Positions 1 to 9,912 of a stretch of DNA of 32,000 nucleotides are shown here, in pieces (position 1 is the first letter of the stretch; each line of letters starts with the position of its first letter). This DNA is from Wolbachia endosymbiont of Drosophila innubila (lineage in GTDB: Bacteria; Pseudomonadota; Alphaproteobacteria; Rickettsiales; Anaplasmataceae), in contig NZ_CP076228.1 of assembly GCF_021378375.1 (NCBI RefSeq), positions 360,001 through 392,000 on the forward strand. The letters are read 5' to 3'. Position numbers and translations under genes: made by a program. A model generated the notes under the pieces. That model searched no databases and was not told the origin of the DNA. It saw nothing but the letters and a program-made list of their open reading frames with translations.

Positions 1-594
1 TAAGTAAGCTATTGTAGTTCCAGTTGTGGCCATTCCTATTATGCATAGAAAGTATAAAAATGGTATACATGCAATAAACATTTGACCGATAAAAGAATAT
101 GTTAAAAGCATAGACATACTGAAATCAGGTTGCAAAAGTAACAACACAAAAACTAACAGAAATATTATGATTGATATGTGTATTTTAAACTTCATTTCGC
201 TGGCCAAGATACTAGCTATAACAACAGAAAAAAATGGCCTTACGAACTCAGATGGTTGAACAGAAATTTTGACAATATGTAACCATCGTTTCGCACCTTT
301 TACCTCTATACCAAGTATTATCGCAGTTGCTACTAGAATAGTAAATAAAGCGAAACCTGCGAATGAGAGGTTAAGTATAGTTCTTGTGTTGAGAAAAGAA
401 AATGTCACCAAGGTAATTAGTGACAGGACTATATAAATTGTATGGCGCCGTATAAAATAATCCTGTGGTAGAGAAAGACGCTGCGCAATTACAGGGCTTG
501 CTGAATAAACAAGAATGAAGCTTATAGTGAGCAAAAAAAACACTGGAAGGATGAGATAATAATCCAGCGTTCTATACCAGAGTTTAATATTCAT
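1..594 (-). CDS. ftsW: Cell division protein FtsW / RodA-SEDS family, N-terminal part (runs off the window edge)
   Basis: Manual minus-strand translation from ATG at 594: [43 protein letters not shown]...; multi-TM SEDS-like protein; ATGA overlap with the upstream ubiE stop. Confidence 0.8.
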   Translation of the reverse strand, partial: MNIKLWYRTLDYYLILPVFFLLTISFILVYSASPVIAQRLSLPQDYFIRRHTIYIVLSLITLVTFSFLNTRTILNLSFAGFALFTILVATAIILGIEVKGAKRWLHIVKISVQPSEFVRPFFSVVIASILASEMKFKIHISIIIFLLVFVLLLLQPDFSMSMLLTYSFIGQMFIACIPFLYFLCIIGMATTGTTIAYL

Positions 595-1307
595 TTTGTT
601 CCAATGTGTAATGCCACTATTCCATAGCTCATATTATGAAACTCAACATTCTTAAAGCCTACCTCTTCAATTTCCATTTTAAAATCAGCCTGAGTTGGAA
701 ACTCTCTAATGCTCCTCACTAAATATTCATAAGAACTCTTGTCTTTAGCAACTATGCTGCCAATTTTAGGAATTACTTTAAATGAATATAAGTCATAAAG
801 TTTGGTAAATATCTCATTTTGATAGTGCATAGGGGCAAATTCTAAGCAGATAAATTTCCCATGTGGTTTTAATACCCTGTGCGCCTCATTTAAAGCCTTC
901 TTGCGGTCAGAAACATTTCGAATGCCAAAAGCTATTGTGCAATAATCAAATTCGGAGTCTTCAAATGGTAAACTTTCTGCACTTGCACATACCCAATCAA
1001 AATTAATTTGGTTTGAATTTATAGCTTTATCACGTCCTCTGTTTAGCATGTTTTGATTTATATCGCATACTGTAACCTTAGCACTTGGCTCTTTTCTTAC
1101 TACTCTTATTGCTATATCTCCAGTTCCTCCAGCAACATCTAAAACCTTAGAGTTTTTTGTAAAATGCACACTATTTACCATCTTATCTTTCCATAATCTG
1201 TGCATTCCGAGGCTCATTATATCATTCATGGTGTCGTAGCGACTTGCCACGGAATCGAATACCTCTTTAACTAATTGTGATTTCTTCTCGATTTTTATAG
1301 TAGACAT
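591..1307 (-). CDS. ubiE: Ubiquinone/menaquinone biosynthesis C-methyltransferase UbiE
   Basis: ORF of 238 aa with SAM-methyltransferase motif [14 protein letters not shown] and the UbiE-typical segments [24 protein letters not shown] and IAFGIRNV. Confidence 0.95.
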   Translation of the reverse strand: MSTIKIEKKSQLVKEVFDSVASRYDTMNDIMSLGMHRLWKDKMVNSVHFTKNSKVLDVAGGTGDIAIRVVRKEPSAKVTVCDINQNMLNRGRDKAINSNQINFDWVCASAESLPFEDSEFDYCTIAFGIRNVSDRKKALNEAHRVLKPHGKFICLEFAPMHYQNEIFTKLYDLYSFKVIPKIGSIVAKDKSSYEYLVRSIREFPTQADFKMEIEEVGFKNVEFHNMSYGIVALHIGTK

Positions 1308-1360
1308 TACGTAAAAACTCCTTTATAATTAGTAAAAATTAATTTGAATTAACACAAATG

Positions 1361-2224
1361 TCAACGACAGGCCTTGAGCCTGTTAAAATCTTCTTCAGCG
1401 TGGTATGATGACCGAGTTAGTGGGCTTGATGCAACCACTAAGAAACCTTTGGAGTAAGCAATGTATTTATAATGCTCAAACTCTTCTGGGGTAACATACC
1501 TATCAAGTTTTGCATGTTTTGGAGTTGGTTGTAGATATTGACCAATTGTAATAAAATCAACCTCAGCACTGCGCAAATCGTCCATAACCTGAAGTATTTC
1601 CTCTTTTGTTTCTCCAAGACCAACCATAAGCCCTGACTTTGTGAAAACTTTAGGATTAATCTGCTTTACCATCTTCAACAAATATAGTGAATGAAAATAG
1701 CGAGCTCGTGGTCTTATTTTTGCATACAATCTCGGCACTGTTTCAATATTGTGGTTATAGACATCAGGTGATGCAACAGCGATTGCTTCAAATGCTCCTT
1801 TCTTATTTAAAAAATCAGGAGTTAAAATCTCTATTGTTGTTTCTGAAGTTATCTTTCTAATTTCTTCTATGCACTGTATAAACTGATTTGCGCCACCATC
1901 TGGCAAATCATCACGATCAACGGAAGTAATGACAACATGTTTTAAGTTTAACTTTTTTATTGCTTTTGCTAAATTTTCTGGTTCATGAGGATCTAGTTTA
2001 TCAGGAATGCCAGTTGCAACGTTGCAAAATGCACAAGCACGAGTGCAAACAGAACCGAGAATCATCACAGTAGCATGACGTTTATTCCAACATTCACCAA
2101 TGTTTGGACATACAGCCTCTTCGCACACTGTATGCAAGTTATGCAGTTTAACGATGTTTAAGGTCTCATTGAATACTTCACCGGTCGGAGCTTTTGCTCT
2201 GAGCCATTGAGGTTTGCTATGCAT
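1361..2224 (-). CDS. lipA: Lipoyl synthase
   Basis: 287 aa radical-SAM protein with [13 protein letters not shown] and [10 protein letters not shown] cysteine motifs and GLGETKEEI. Confidence 0.97.
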   Translation of the reverse strand: MHSKPQWLRAKAPTGEVFNETLNIVKLHNLHTVCEEAVCPNIGECWNKRHATVMILGSVCTRACAFCNVATGIPDKLDPHEPENLAKAIKKLNLKHVVITSVDRDDLPDGGANQFIQCIEEIRKITSETTIEILTPDFLNKKGAFEAIAVASPDVYNHNIETVPRLYAKIRPRARYFHSLYLLKMVKQINPKVFTKSGLMVGLGETKEEILQVMDDLRSAEVDFITIGQYLQPTPKHAKLDRYVTPEEFEHYKYIAYSKGFLVVASSPLTRSSYHAEEDFNRLKACR

Positions 2225-2531
2225 CTGAAACTGCTAACTCTACCTCTTGCTTTACTAAAACTTTTTTCAACCTTCTTTTTATCTTCTGCGCTTTCTCACT
2301 TAGTTTAATCGTTCTTGTGTTGAGCAAAAAAGCATCTAAATCACCTTTGTAATCTATAGTTCTCAAAGTTCTTGTTGCCACACGAAATCTAAACTTTTTA
2401 TTCAATATATCACTTGTCAACGTAACCTTATGTAAATTTAAAAGAAAGGTACGCTTTGTTTTACGATTCGAATGTGATACCTTATTACCAAAAGATTTTT
2501 TTCTATTTGTTAATTCACAAACTCTACTCAC
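2217..2531 (-). CDS. rpmB: 50S ribosomal protein L28
   Basis: 104 aa; starts [33 protein letters not shown], typical L28; overlaps lipA by 8 nt. Confidence 0.95.
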   Translation of the reverse strand: MSRVCELTNRKKSFGNKVSHSNRKTKRTFLLNLHKVTLTSDILNKKFRFRVATRTLRTIDYKGDLDAFLLNTRTIKLSEKAQKIKRRLKKVLVKQEVELAVSDA

Positions 2532-2568
2532 TTCAATATACCAAATTATTCTATGTACTTAGATTACC

Positions 2569-2910
2569 TTATATAGTCAAATAGTCAATACTCTCTTGCT
2601 TAATTTTTATACCATATACTGCTTTATAACCAAAAAATATCGTAATTTTTTCTATTATAAGAGAAATCATATGCTGAATTTCCAATGCTTTGCTGCCATT
2701 TGTTACTACCAGATGCAACACACCCGAATTTATATTCTGTGCATATGAGATCTTTTTCGGTTTTGTACACTCTGCTATTTCTTTCCCTACTATATTTCGC
2801 CAGTTTAAAATAAGACGTATTTCATTTTTACTAATCTTATTTTTCATGCATTTTAATGCATAGTTTTCAATTATAGACTTTAATTTTTTTGGACCGCTAC
2901 GTTTGAGCAT
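2569..2910 (-). CDS. DUF721/DciA-like protein
   Basis: 113 aa ORF resembling small DUF721 proteins (WRNIVGKEIAECTKPKKI... GVLHLVVTNGSKALEIQH). Confidence 0.6.
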   Translation of the reverse strand: MLKRSGPKKLKSIIENYALKCMKNKISKNEIRLILNWRNIVGKEIAECTKPKKISYAQNINSGVLHLVVTNGSKALEIQHMISLIIEKITIFFGYKAVYGIKIKQESIDYLTI

Positions 2911-2994
2911 TTTTCTGTTTTTTTAGTAAGTAGATAATATAAAAGTATACATATAACTTGAGATTTTGTCATTACTGCTACATGTTTGTGAGAT

Positions 2995-3073
2995 ACCGTG
3001 ACGGTATGACCATAATCGTCACTCCGCAACGCATATTGCATAGTCGTCATTCCGCGGCGTGTTCGCGGAATCT
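2995..3073. repeat. Small intergenic hairpins of the dispersed palindrome type
   Basis: ATACCG-TGA-CGGTAT (2995-3009) and ATTCCGCG-GCGTGTT-CGCGGAAT (3051-3073, 8-bp perfect arms). Confidence 0.6.
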
Positions 3074-3356
3074 AGCTCTGGTCACGCTACTTAGATGACA
3101 ACCTTCTAACTGCTTTACAAAGGCTCTACTCTCTGGCCTCACACCGTAAAAGCAGTATTTTTATGCAAAATTTATCTCAACGTAGCACTTGTCAAGATCG
3201 TTCCATTCAAAAATTTTTGTTTTGCCTCATAATTAACCTTATAGCTGTTTTAATTGTAATTGGTTAAATTATTATTAACTTGCCAGGCTAGATCCAAAAA
3301 ATAGCATAATCAATATGCAAATTGCAATAGAAATCACGTTTGCGTATGGTTTATTG

Positions 3357-3557
3357 CTATGCAGTTAATCTTTCCTCAATCCAAGCTGCTTGAATAGCTT
3401 CGAGTATTTTTTCGTTACAGCGTTTTTCATCATCATCAAATTCCTCTAAACTCAATACCTTTTTTTTAAGCTCAGTCAATCTAATACTAATTATATTCTC
3501 ATCTGGAAATTTTTCTTCCAGAGCTTCTACAATATCTTCTATATCAAGCCATTTCAT
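3357..3557 (-). CDS. iscX: Fe-S cluster assembly protein IscX
   Basis: 66 aa; MKWLDIEDIVEALEEKFPD...LSLEEFDDDEKRCNEKILEAIQAAWIEE matches the IscX family pattern. Confidence 0.9.
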   Translation of the reverse strand: MKWLDIEDIVEALEEKFPDENIISIRLTELKKKVLSLEEFDDDEKRCNEKILEAIQAAWIEERLTA

Positions 3558-3587
3558 ACTTTTTTGTATTTATCTGCTAAGTTAAAT

Positions 3588-3674
3588 TGGTGCCCATGGG
3601 GAGACTTGAACTCCCAAGGTCGCAAAACCCACGGATTTTAAGTCCGCTGCGTCTACCGATTCCGCCACACGGGC
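3588..3674 (-). tRNA. tRNA-Leu (anticodon UAA), CCA encoded
   Basis: Minus strand GCCCGTGTGGCGGAATCGGTAGACGCAGCGGACTTAAAATCCGTGGG...GAGTTCAAGTCTCCCCATGGGCACCA; 7-bp acceptor stem GCCCGTG/CATGGGC, long variable arm, 87 nt. Confidence 0.95.
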
Positions 3675-3683
3675 TTTTTTTAT

Positions 3684-4355
3684 CTATCTAGAGTAAAACT
3701 CTACTACTAAATTGACTTCCATGTCTGCTGAATAAGGAACCTCAGAATATTGAGGTGACCTCAAATACTTCACTGAATGCTCTTTACTATCTGCTTCTAA
3801 ATAATCCGGAGCCTTGCGCTCTTGTTTTTGTTCAGCCTCTACTACTACAGGGATTTTTGCTGCCCTTTCTCTTATTTTTATTATATCACCTGGCTTCACT
3901 CGATAACTCGATATGTTAACCACCTTATCATTAACTGTAACGTGCTTGTGAGATATGAGCTGCTTTGCTGAGTAAATTGTTGGAACAAGACCAGAGTGGT
4001 ATAAAACAGAACTTAATCTCGATTCTAAGATACCGATAAAATTATCAGCCGTATAACCCTTTCTGTTATAAGCATCTAAAAATGTACGTCTGAGCTGCTT
4101 ACTTGAAATCGCATAGTAAAACTTAAATTTCTTATGCGCAGCAAACTGCTTACCAAAGTCGGATAACTTCTTGAATCCAAGAATACCATGTTGACCTGGA
4201 GGGTATTTCCTTTTGTTTACTGGGTCTTTAGCTCTACCCCATAAATTTACACCAAGTCTACGGCTAATCCTATACTTTCTAGTGATAACAGTTGTCATAT
4301 AAAAACTCTCACGATTTAACTTTAGATTATTAAGGATTTTAGCACTCAGTGTCAA
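3684..4355 (-). CDS. rpsD: 30S ribosomal protein S4 (probable real start MTTVITRKY at about 4298)
   Basis: S4 sequence: [14 protein letters not shown]...KYPPGQHG...[33 protein letters not shown]. Confidence 0.95.
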   Translation of the reverse strand: MTLSAKILNNLKLNRESFYMTTVITRKYRISRRLGVNLWGRAKDPVNKRKYPPGQHGILGFKKLSDFGKQFAAHKKFKFYYAISSKQLRRTFLDAYNRKGYTADNFIGILESRLSSVLYHSGLVPTIYSAKQLISHKHVTVNDKVVNISSYRVKPGDIIKIRERAAKIPVVVEAEQKQERKAPDYLEADSKEHSVKYLRSPQYSEVPYSADMEVNLVVEFYSR

Positions 4356-4411
4356 CTTGTTTTTGCTGATATAATCTTTTATACTTCATTTTTAAGTTTT
4401 TCTATTAACAC

Positions 4412-6484
4412 ATGAATCATTCACATTTAAAATCTATGGCAAACGCCATCCGTTTTTTATCAATTGATGCAGTACAAAAAGCAAACTCTGGACACCCAGG
4501 TATGCCACTTGGCATGGCAGATGTTGCAACTGTTTTGTTTGCTAAATATCTGAATCATAATCCTGATGATTCTAAATGGTTCAATAGAGATCGCTTTGTT
4601 TTATCAAACGGTCATGGGTCAATGTTACTATACTCAATATTATATTTGACAGGTTATATTAGCGTAGATGAGCTAAAAAACTTCAGACAAATGGGATCCA
4701 AGACCCCAGGTCATCCAGAGTTCGGCTTGACTTCCGGGGTAGAGGCAACAACAGGCCCGCTCGGTCAGGGGTTTGCCGCTGCTGTTGGCATGGCACTTGC
4801 TGAATCGATACTTGAAAAGCAGTTTAGAATCAATCACTACACTTATGTGATGCTAGGGGATGGCTGTCTTATGGAAGGAATAAGCCATGAAGCAGCATCA
4901 CTTGCTGGGCATCTTAAATTGAATAAGCTTATAGCTCTTTTTGATGATAATGATATTTCTATAGATGGCGCTACTTGCCTTTCCTGTTCTGACGATGTAG
5001 AGAAACGCTTCTTAGCGTATGGATGGAATGTTGACAAAATTGATGGCCATGATTTTGATGCCATATCCCTTGCAATAGAGCAAGCAAAAAAGTCTGATAA
5101 ACCTACAATGATCTGCTGCAAAACTATTATCGGAAAATTTTCAAGCCGTGCTGGCACATCCTCTGCTCACAGTGGTGCTTTTTCGGAGGAAGACATAAAA
5201 CAGATGAGAGAGAAATTAAACTGGAATTATGAACCATTCCATGTACCAGAAGATGTGAAAAATGCCTGGAAGAAAACTGTTGAGAGAGCAAAACAAAACT
5301 ACACGATGTCATTCCAGCGCATGACGCTGGAATCCAGGAAAGAAGAAAAAGAATGGATCCCAGTGTCAAGCACTGGGATGACAAGAGAGAGTACTGGGAT
5401 GACAGAAGAGAATGCTGGGATGACAGGGTATCATGCAGAACTTCAAAGACGGTTAGATAAACATCTACCAGAGAATATCGCTGGTGTTTTAGCTGACCTG
5501 AAGAAACAAATATGTGAGCTAATGCCAAACGAAGCTACTCGATCTTCTTTCGGCAGAGTAATGGAACTTTTAACTGAGTCTATGCCGGAATTAATCGGCG
5601 GTTCTGCTGATCTTACCGGGTCAAATTGCACTAAATATGAGCACATGCAGGTAATAAATAGCAATAATTATAGTGGCTCTTATGTCCACTATGGAGTGAG
5701 AGAGCACGCTATGGCAGCATGTATGAATGGTATGGCACTTCACGGCGCGATTCTTCCTTATGGCGGCACTTTTTTGGTATTTTCCGACTATTGTCGTCCT
5801 GCTATACGTCTTTCAGCTCTGATGAAGCAGCAGGTTATATATGTCATGACTCACGACTCAATTGGAGTGGGAGAAGATGGCCCGACTCATCAGCCAATAG
5901 AGCATTTAGCCTCTTTGCGTGCTATACCAAATCTATATGTTTTTAGTCCAGCCGATGCAGTTGAAACTCTGGAGTGTGTTAGCATTGCACTCGAAAAGAA
6001 AGAATCTCCAGCACTGTTTGCGCTCTCAAGGCAAAACGTAAGTTACATGCGCAAGTTCTACTCTGATATCGATCAATCTGCTAATTTATCGAAGTTTGGT
6101 GCATATATTTTGTGTGAATGTTCAAAAGAATTAAAAGTGACGATATTTGCTACGGGGTCCGAGGTTGAAATTGCAGTTGAAGCAAGGGAGAAATTGCAGG
6201 AAAAGGGTATAGGTACAAGGATTGTTTCTATGCCATGCTGGAGGCTTTTTGACGAGCAAAGCGATGAATATAAAGCGGCAATATTAAATAATGACAGCAT
6301 TAAAGTTGCAATTGAAGCCGGAAGTGAAATGGGTTGGCATAAATATATAGGTTCAAACGGTATATTTATTGGCATGAAAAGCTTCGGAGAATCAGCACCT
6401 TATAAAACACTCTATGAGCATTTTAATATCAGCGCAGATCATGTGGTAAAATGTGTGTGTGAGAAACTGGTTTACATTCAGTAG
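4412..6484 (+). CDS. tkt: Transketolase carrying an in-frame repeat-derived insertion
   Basis: 690 aa; [73 protein letters not shown] are diagnostic of transketolase. Confidence 0.95.
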   Translation: MNHSHLKSMANAIRFLSIDAVQKANSGHPGMPLGMADVATVLFAKYLNHNPDDSKWFNRDRFVLSNGHGSMLLYSILYLTGYISVDELKNFRQMGSKTPGHPEFGLTSGVEATTGPLGQGFAAAVGMALAESILEKQFRINHYTYVMLGDGCLMEGISHEAASLAGHLKLNKLIALFDDNDISIDGATCLSCSDDVEKRFLAYGWNVDKIDGHDFDAISLAIEQAKKSDKPTMICCKTIIGKFSSRAGTSSAHSGAFSEEDIKQMREKLNWNYEPFHVPEDVKNAWKKTVERAKQNYTMSFQRMTLESRKEEKEWIPVSSTGMTRESTGMTEENAGMTGYHAELQRRLDKHLPENIAGVLADLKKQICELMPNEATRSSFGRVMELLTESMPELIGGSADLTGSNCTKYEHMQVINSNNYSGSYVHYGVREHAMAACMNGMALHGAILPYGGTFLVFSDYCRPAIRLSALMKQQVIYVMTHDSIGVGEDGPTHQPIEHLASLRAIPNLYVFSPADAVETLECVSIALEKKESPALFALSRQNVSYMRKFYSDIDQSANLSKFGAYILCECSKELKVTIFATGSEVEIAVEAREKLQEKGIGTRIVSMPCWRLFDEQSDEYKAAILNNDSIKVAIEAGSEMGWHKYIGSNGIFIGMKSFGESAPYKTLYEHFNISADHVVKCVCEKLVYIQ
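5306..5430 (+). repeat. Palindromic element inserted in frame in tkt, followed by about 3 degenerate 21-bp tandem units
   Basis: ATTCCAGC-GCATGAC-GCTGGAAT (5311-5333); ATCCCAGTG-TCAAG-CACTGGGAT (5357-5379); TGGGATGACA recurs at 5374, 5395 and 5416 (21-nt spacing). Encodes [41 protein letters not shown]. Confidence 0.85.
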
Positions 6485-6504
6485 ACTTCTTGCATAACCA
6501 TATG

Positions 6505-6712
6505 AAAGCCCACTCTTCTTTGTCATCCCAGTACGTGACGTTATTTCCATCCAAGATGATGTCATTCCAGCACTTGACACTGGCATCTAGTTTTCTTTAC
6601 AAATTCACCAAAAGTGCTTCATTCTATAACGCAAAACCCATACTCACCAAACCCAATGCATTACTTGCAATTAAGTTTCCTGGATCCCAGTGTCAAGCAC
6701 TGGGATGACACC
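6505..6712. repeat. Cluster of dispersed palindromic elements between tkt and the ankyrin gene
   Basis: Contains ATCCCAGTG-TCAAG-CACTGGGAT at 6684-6706, with the same hairpin and GGATCCCAGTGTCAAGCACTGGGATGACA core as inside tkt, plus degenerate copies (catcccagtacgtgacg, cattccagcacttgacactgg). Confidence 0.75.
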
Positions 6713-6733
6713 TTTTCCGGTAGAAGATCACTA

Positions 6734-8044
6734 TCAAATCACATTGCTCTGGTCATTATGATCACCATTATTTTGTTCAACTGATTGATCGACCCCAGGT
6801 GAAGAAGAATCATCATAAGGTTGTGTGTCAGACTTTTCTTCGTCAGACCCAAACAACCATGAAAAAAAACCACCAAAAAATGATGCAATTAATGAAAAAG
6901 GCTTCATAAGTATACTAAACAAACTACCAAAAAAAGAGCTCGGCTGTTCTTCTGTTTGTGCAGGTTCTGTGGAAGCAACAGGACCTACATCGTTGTCTTG
7001 TACATCAGTTCCTTGTTCTGCACTGGTGGTGCTGGTTTTTTCCCCTTCTTTGCTATTATCTGATTGTAGTTCAGTATCATCACCTACTCGTTTTTCTTCC
7101 TCTTGACCCCCTTCACTATCTGTCGATGATCCACCCGCTGAACCATCATCAGATTTTTCTGCGGGTTGCAATAGAGTTTTTATTCCTTCATCAGTGGCTA
7201 ATTTGAAAGGAGTGTTTCCATGTTTATCTTCTATATTAACATCGATTCCATCTTTTCCCAATAGGGCTTCTACTGCCTCTTTATGGCCCTTTACAACGGC
7301 CCAATGTAAAGGAGTCTGTTCTGCAAGTTTATCTTTTATATTAACATCGATTCCTTCTGCTCCCAGTAGAGCGTTCAATACATTTATATCTATGTTGTCC
7401 TTTTTAGCAGCCAAATGCAAAGGAGTCCTGTCATCTTTATCTTGTGCATTAACATTGATTTCTTTTGCTCCCAGTAGAGCGTTCAATACATTTATATCTA
7501 TATTGCCCTTTTTAAGGACCAAATGTAAAGGAGTTTCGCCATATTCATCTTGTGCATTAACGTTGATTCCTTCTGCTCCCAGTAGAGCGTTCAATACATT
7601 TATATCTATGTTGTCCTTTTTAAGAACAGAATGTAAAGGAGTATCTTTCTTGTTATTTGGTAAATTAACATTGATTCCATCTTTTCCCAATAGGGCTTCT
7701 ACTACCTCTTTATGGTTCTTTACAGCAGCTAAATGTAAAGGAGTTTCTTGCAACCAATCTGTTGCATTAACATTGATCCCATTTACTTTCAGTAGGGCTT
7801 CTACTACCTCTTTATGGCCCTTTTCAGCAGCCCAATGTAGAGGAGTCTTGTTATCTTGATCTTTTACATTAACCTTTGCTCCTTCACTTATTAGACTGTT
7901 TACTTCCTGAATATTACCGCTTTTAGCAACCTCAAGTAATTTAGCTGTGCTTTGTAATAGAGTTTTTATTTCTTCGTCAGTAGTTAAAACTAAGGGAGTG
8001 TTTCCCTCTTCATCTTCTGCATTAACATTTGCCCCTTTGTCCAA
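6734..8044 (-). CDS. Ankyrin-repeat protein, main ORF with acidic/low-complexity tail and hydrophobic C-terminal segment
   Basis: Multiple ANK units (TPLHWAAEKGHKEVVEALLKVNGINVNA...; TPLHLAAKKDNIDINVLNALLGAEGINVNA...) followed by a Ser/Glu/Asp-rich region and PSSFFGSLFSILMKPFSLIASFFGGFFSWLFG. Confidence 0.9.
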   Translation of the reverse strand: MDKGANVNAEDEEGNTPLVLTTDEEIKTLLQSTAKLLEVAKSGNIQEVNSLISEGAKVNVKDQDNKTPLHWAAEKGHKEVVEALLKVNGINVNATDWLQETPLHLAAVKNHKEVVEALLGKDGINVNLPNNKKDTPLHSVLKKDNIDINVLNALLGAEGINVNAQDEYGETPLHLVLKKGNIDINVLNALLGAKEINVNAQDKDDRTPLHLAAKKDNIDINVLNALLGAEGIDVNIKDKLAEQTPLHWAVVKGHKEAVEALLGKDGIDVNIEDKHGNTPFKLATDEGIKTLLQPAEKSDDGSAGGSSTDSEGGQEEEKRVGDDTELQSDNSKEGEKTSTTSAEQGTDVQDNDVGPVASTEPAQTEEQPSSFFGSLFSILMKPFSLIASFFGGFFSWLFGSDEEKSDTQPYDDSSSPGVDQSVEQNNGDHNDQSNVI

Positions 8045-8055
8045 TAGAGCTTCTA

Positions 8056-8220
8056 CTACCTCTTTATGGCCCCATACAGCAGCAATATGTAAAGGAGTCT
8101 CTCCTCTTTATCATTTTCTACCTTAACATCTGCTCCTTCACTTATTAGACGGTTTACTGCATCAATATCACCTCTTTCAACAGCCTTAAAAAAATTATCT
8201 CTACTTTGTGAATTACTCAT
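8056..8220 (-). pseudogene. N-terminal 54-codon piece of the same ankyrin gene, separated by a 1-nt frameshift near 8097-8106
   Basis: From ATG at 8220: MSNSQSRDNFFKAVERGDIDAVNRLISEGADVKVENDKEE... then the frame shifts; the other frame continues GETPLHIAAVWGHKEVVEALLDKGANVNAEDEEG into the 6734-8044 ORF. Confidence 0.8.
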
Positions 8221-8233
8221 CCTACACCTCTTT

Positions 8234-8336
8234 GTAAAACTATATTGTTATGATAAAGTCGTTAATAATCTATGAGCTCTCACCCCCTGTAAAATTATAT
8301 TATCATGATAAAGTCATTAATAACCCATGAGCTCTG
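8234..8336. repeat. Two-copy direct repeat, 55-bp period, 48-bp unit
   Basis: tgtaaaactatattgttatgataaagtcgttaataatctatgagctct (8234-8281) versus tgtaaaattatattatcatgataaagtcattaataacccatgagctct (8289-8336). Confidence 0.8.
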
Positions 8337-8353
8337 GATCACGCAAATAATGG

Positions 8354-9556
8354 TTATTCCCTGTGTTTTTCAGTACATTTGAGCTGGCTGTACATAAGAA
8401 TCGCAATTGTAGAGCATGCTATTGTTAATAGTAAATTTGGTAAAATACCATAGCGAAAAAATTTTCCTACTATATATATTCCAATAGCCCCAAACATCAT
8501 ATTGCAGAATGAGAGGACTGCACTACCAAGCCCTATACCTTTGATCGTTTCTAAAGCAGAAGTTACGTTATTGCTTATTATTAATGCAAGTCCGATATTG
8601 GCTGGAATCCAAGCAGTTTGAAGAATGAATATATTCAACTTGTCCGCGAAATAAAAATATACCAATAAACTATCGGATATTATCGGTAACACCAAACCTA
8701 TTATTAGCATTTTGCTAACCCCTACTTTTGGTACATACCTTCTATTAATTAAAGTTCCAATTATGTAGAATATGACTATGATCGATATGAGGTAGCCAAA
8801 ATACTGTACTTCAATGCCCATCGATTCAAATATGAACGGGTAGTTAGCAATGTATGCCCAAAGCCACATGAAAGTTAATCCATGAATGGCTGAAAACCCA
8901 AGGAAACGATAATTTCTAAATATTGATATATATTGCTTGAAGATATTAGTAGTTATGTTAGTTATACTGGTTTCATTTTTATTTACAGTGAGTGTTTCTT
9001 GTAACTTAAAGTAGATAAAAATAAGTATAGCAATTGCCGCGAGTGACATAATAAAAAACAAAAATTTCCAATGATACCCATGTGAAATTATATAACTGCC
9101 CACCACTGGAGCTATTCCAGGTGAGAGTGCCACAACCATATTTAATTTTGAAATTACTCTCGAGTATTCACTACCCGAGTACATATCCCTTATTGCTGCA
9201 TACCCAACAACACCTGCAACACCAGCTCCTGCCCCTTGTATGAAGCGAATTAGTATCAAGAGCATAATACTGTCGGCTATATAACACATGACACTTGCCA
9301 AAGTAAAAATTGTCATACCAATCAGCATCATTGGACGCCTACCATAATGGTCCGATAATGGACCATAAATTAAGCCAGATACCGCAAATCCAACTAGATT
9401 TAAGCTAATTGTAAGCTGCACTACACTGCCTTCTACTTTAAAATAATTGGCAATGCTTGATAGTGCAACTGAGTATAGGTCAGTTGCCATATCGACAATT
9501 GCTACAGACAATATCATAATAAGAGAGATGATATTTTGCGAAAGAGCTGTTTTCAC
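8354..9556 (-). CDS. MFS transporter, Bcr/CflA-like multidrug resistance family
   Basis: 400 aa, about 12 hydrophobic segments, motif GPLSDHYGRRPMMLIGMTIF and GAGAGVAGVVGYAAIRDMYSG. Confidence 0.85.
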   Translation of the reverse strand: MKTALSQNIISLIMILSVAIVDMATDLYSVALSSIANYFKVEGSVVQLTISLNLVGFAVSGLIYGPLSDHYGRRPMMLIGMTIFTLASVMCYIADSIMLLILIRFIQGAGAGVAGVVGYAAIRDMYSGSEYSRVISKLNMVVALSPGIAPVVGSYIISHGYHWKFLFFIMSLAAIAILIFIYFKLQETLTVNKNETSITNITTNIFKQYISIFRNYRFLGFSAIHGLTFMWLWAYIANYPFIFESMGIEVQYFGYLISIIVIFYIIGTLINRRYVPKVGVSKMLIIGLVLPIISDSLLVYFYFADKLNIFILQTAWIPANIGLALIISNNVTSALETIKGIGLGSAVLSFCNMMFGAIGIYIVGKFFRYGILPNLLLTIACSTIAILMYSQLKCTEKHRE

Positions 9557-9682
9557 TTAATGATTTACTGGATTAAATATACTTAATTATAATGTATTTT
9601 TTTCATTAGTATATTAAATTAACTACTGAAATTAAGAGTAGCTATTCAAGAAAAAGCCTGTGAAGGCTCTATCCAGTAGGGC

Positions 9683-9781
9683 AGTGCCATGACTACTTGG
9701 ATCTAGTTTCCATTATACAATTTCATCAAAGCAGTTTACTTACTTGCAATTAAGTTTCTGGATCCAAGTAGTCATGGCACT
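9683..9781. repeat. Perfect 21-bp inverted repeat with 57-nt spacer
   Basis: agtgccatgactacttggatc (9683-9703) is the exact reverse complement of gatccaagtagtcatggcact (9761-9781). Confidence 0.85.
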
Positions 9782-9912
9782 GGGATGACAGGAGAAGGAG
9801 GCTACTTAGATGACACCCTCCTAGTGGATTCAAATCACAATGTTCGTACAGTTATGTGCTTTGACACTGAAATCTTAAGCTAAAATCATGAAAAGCACGA
9901 ATTTCAATATCT

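Noticed and set aside
3684-4355. 19-residue N-terminal extension of ribosomal protein S4 ([19 protein letters not shown])
   Set aside because: S4 proteins begin around [16 protein letters not shown]; the extension is most likely 5' UTR read in frame.
5306-5430. Interpreting the 21-bp tandem units or hairpin clusters as a CRISPR array
   Set aside because: Units are contiguous and degenerate with no unique spacers, and no cas genes are in the window.
4843-6586. Several antisense or short ORFs within and after tkt (4843-5157, 5127-5528, 5443-5664, 5719-5946, 6073-6375, 6392-6586)
   Set aside because: They lie over the well-supported transketolase gene or over repeat sequence; no recognisable domains, and the composition looks like reverse-strand noise.
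7194-7859. 221-aa plus-strand ORF (MANLKGVFPCLSSILTSIPSFPNR...)
   Set aside because: It is exactly antisense to the ankyrin repeats; its periodicity is a by-product of the 99-105-bp ANK repeats rather than an independent coding signal.
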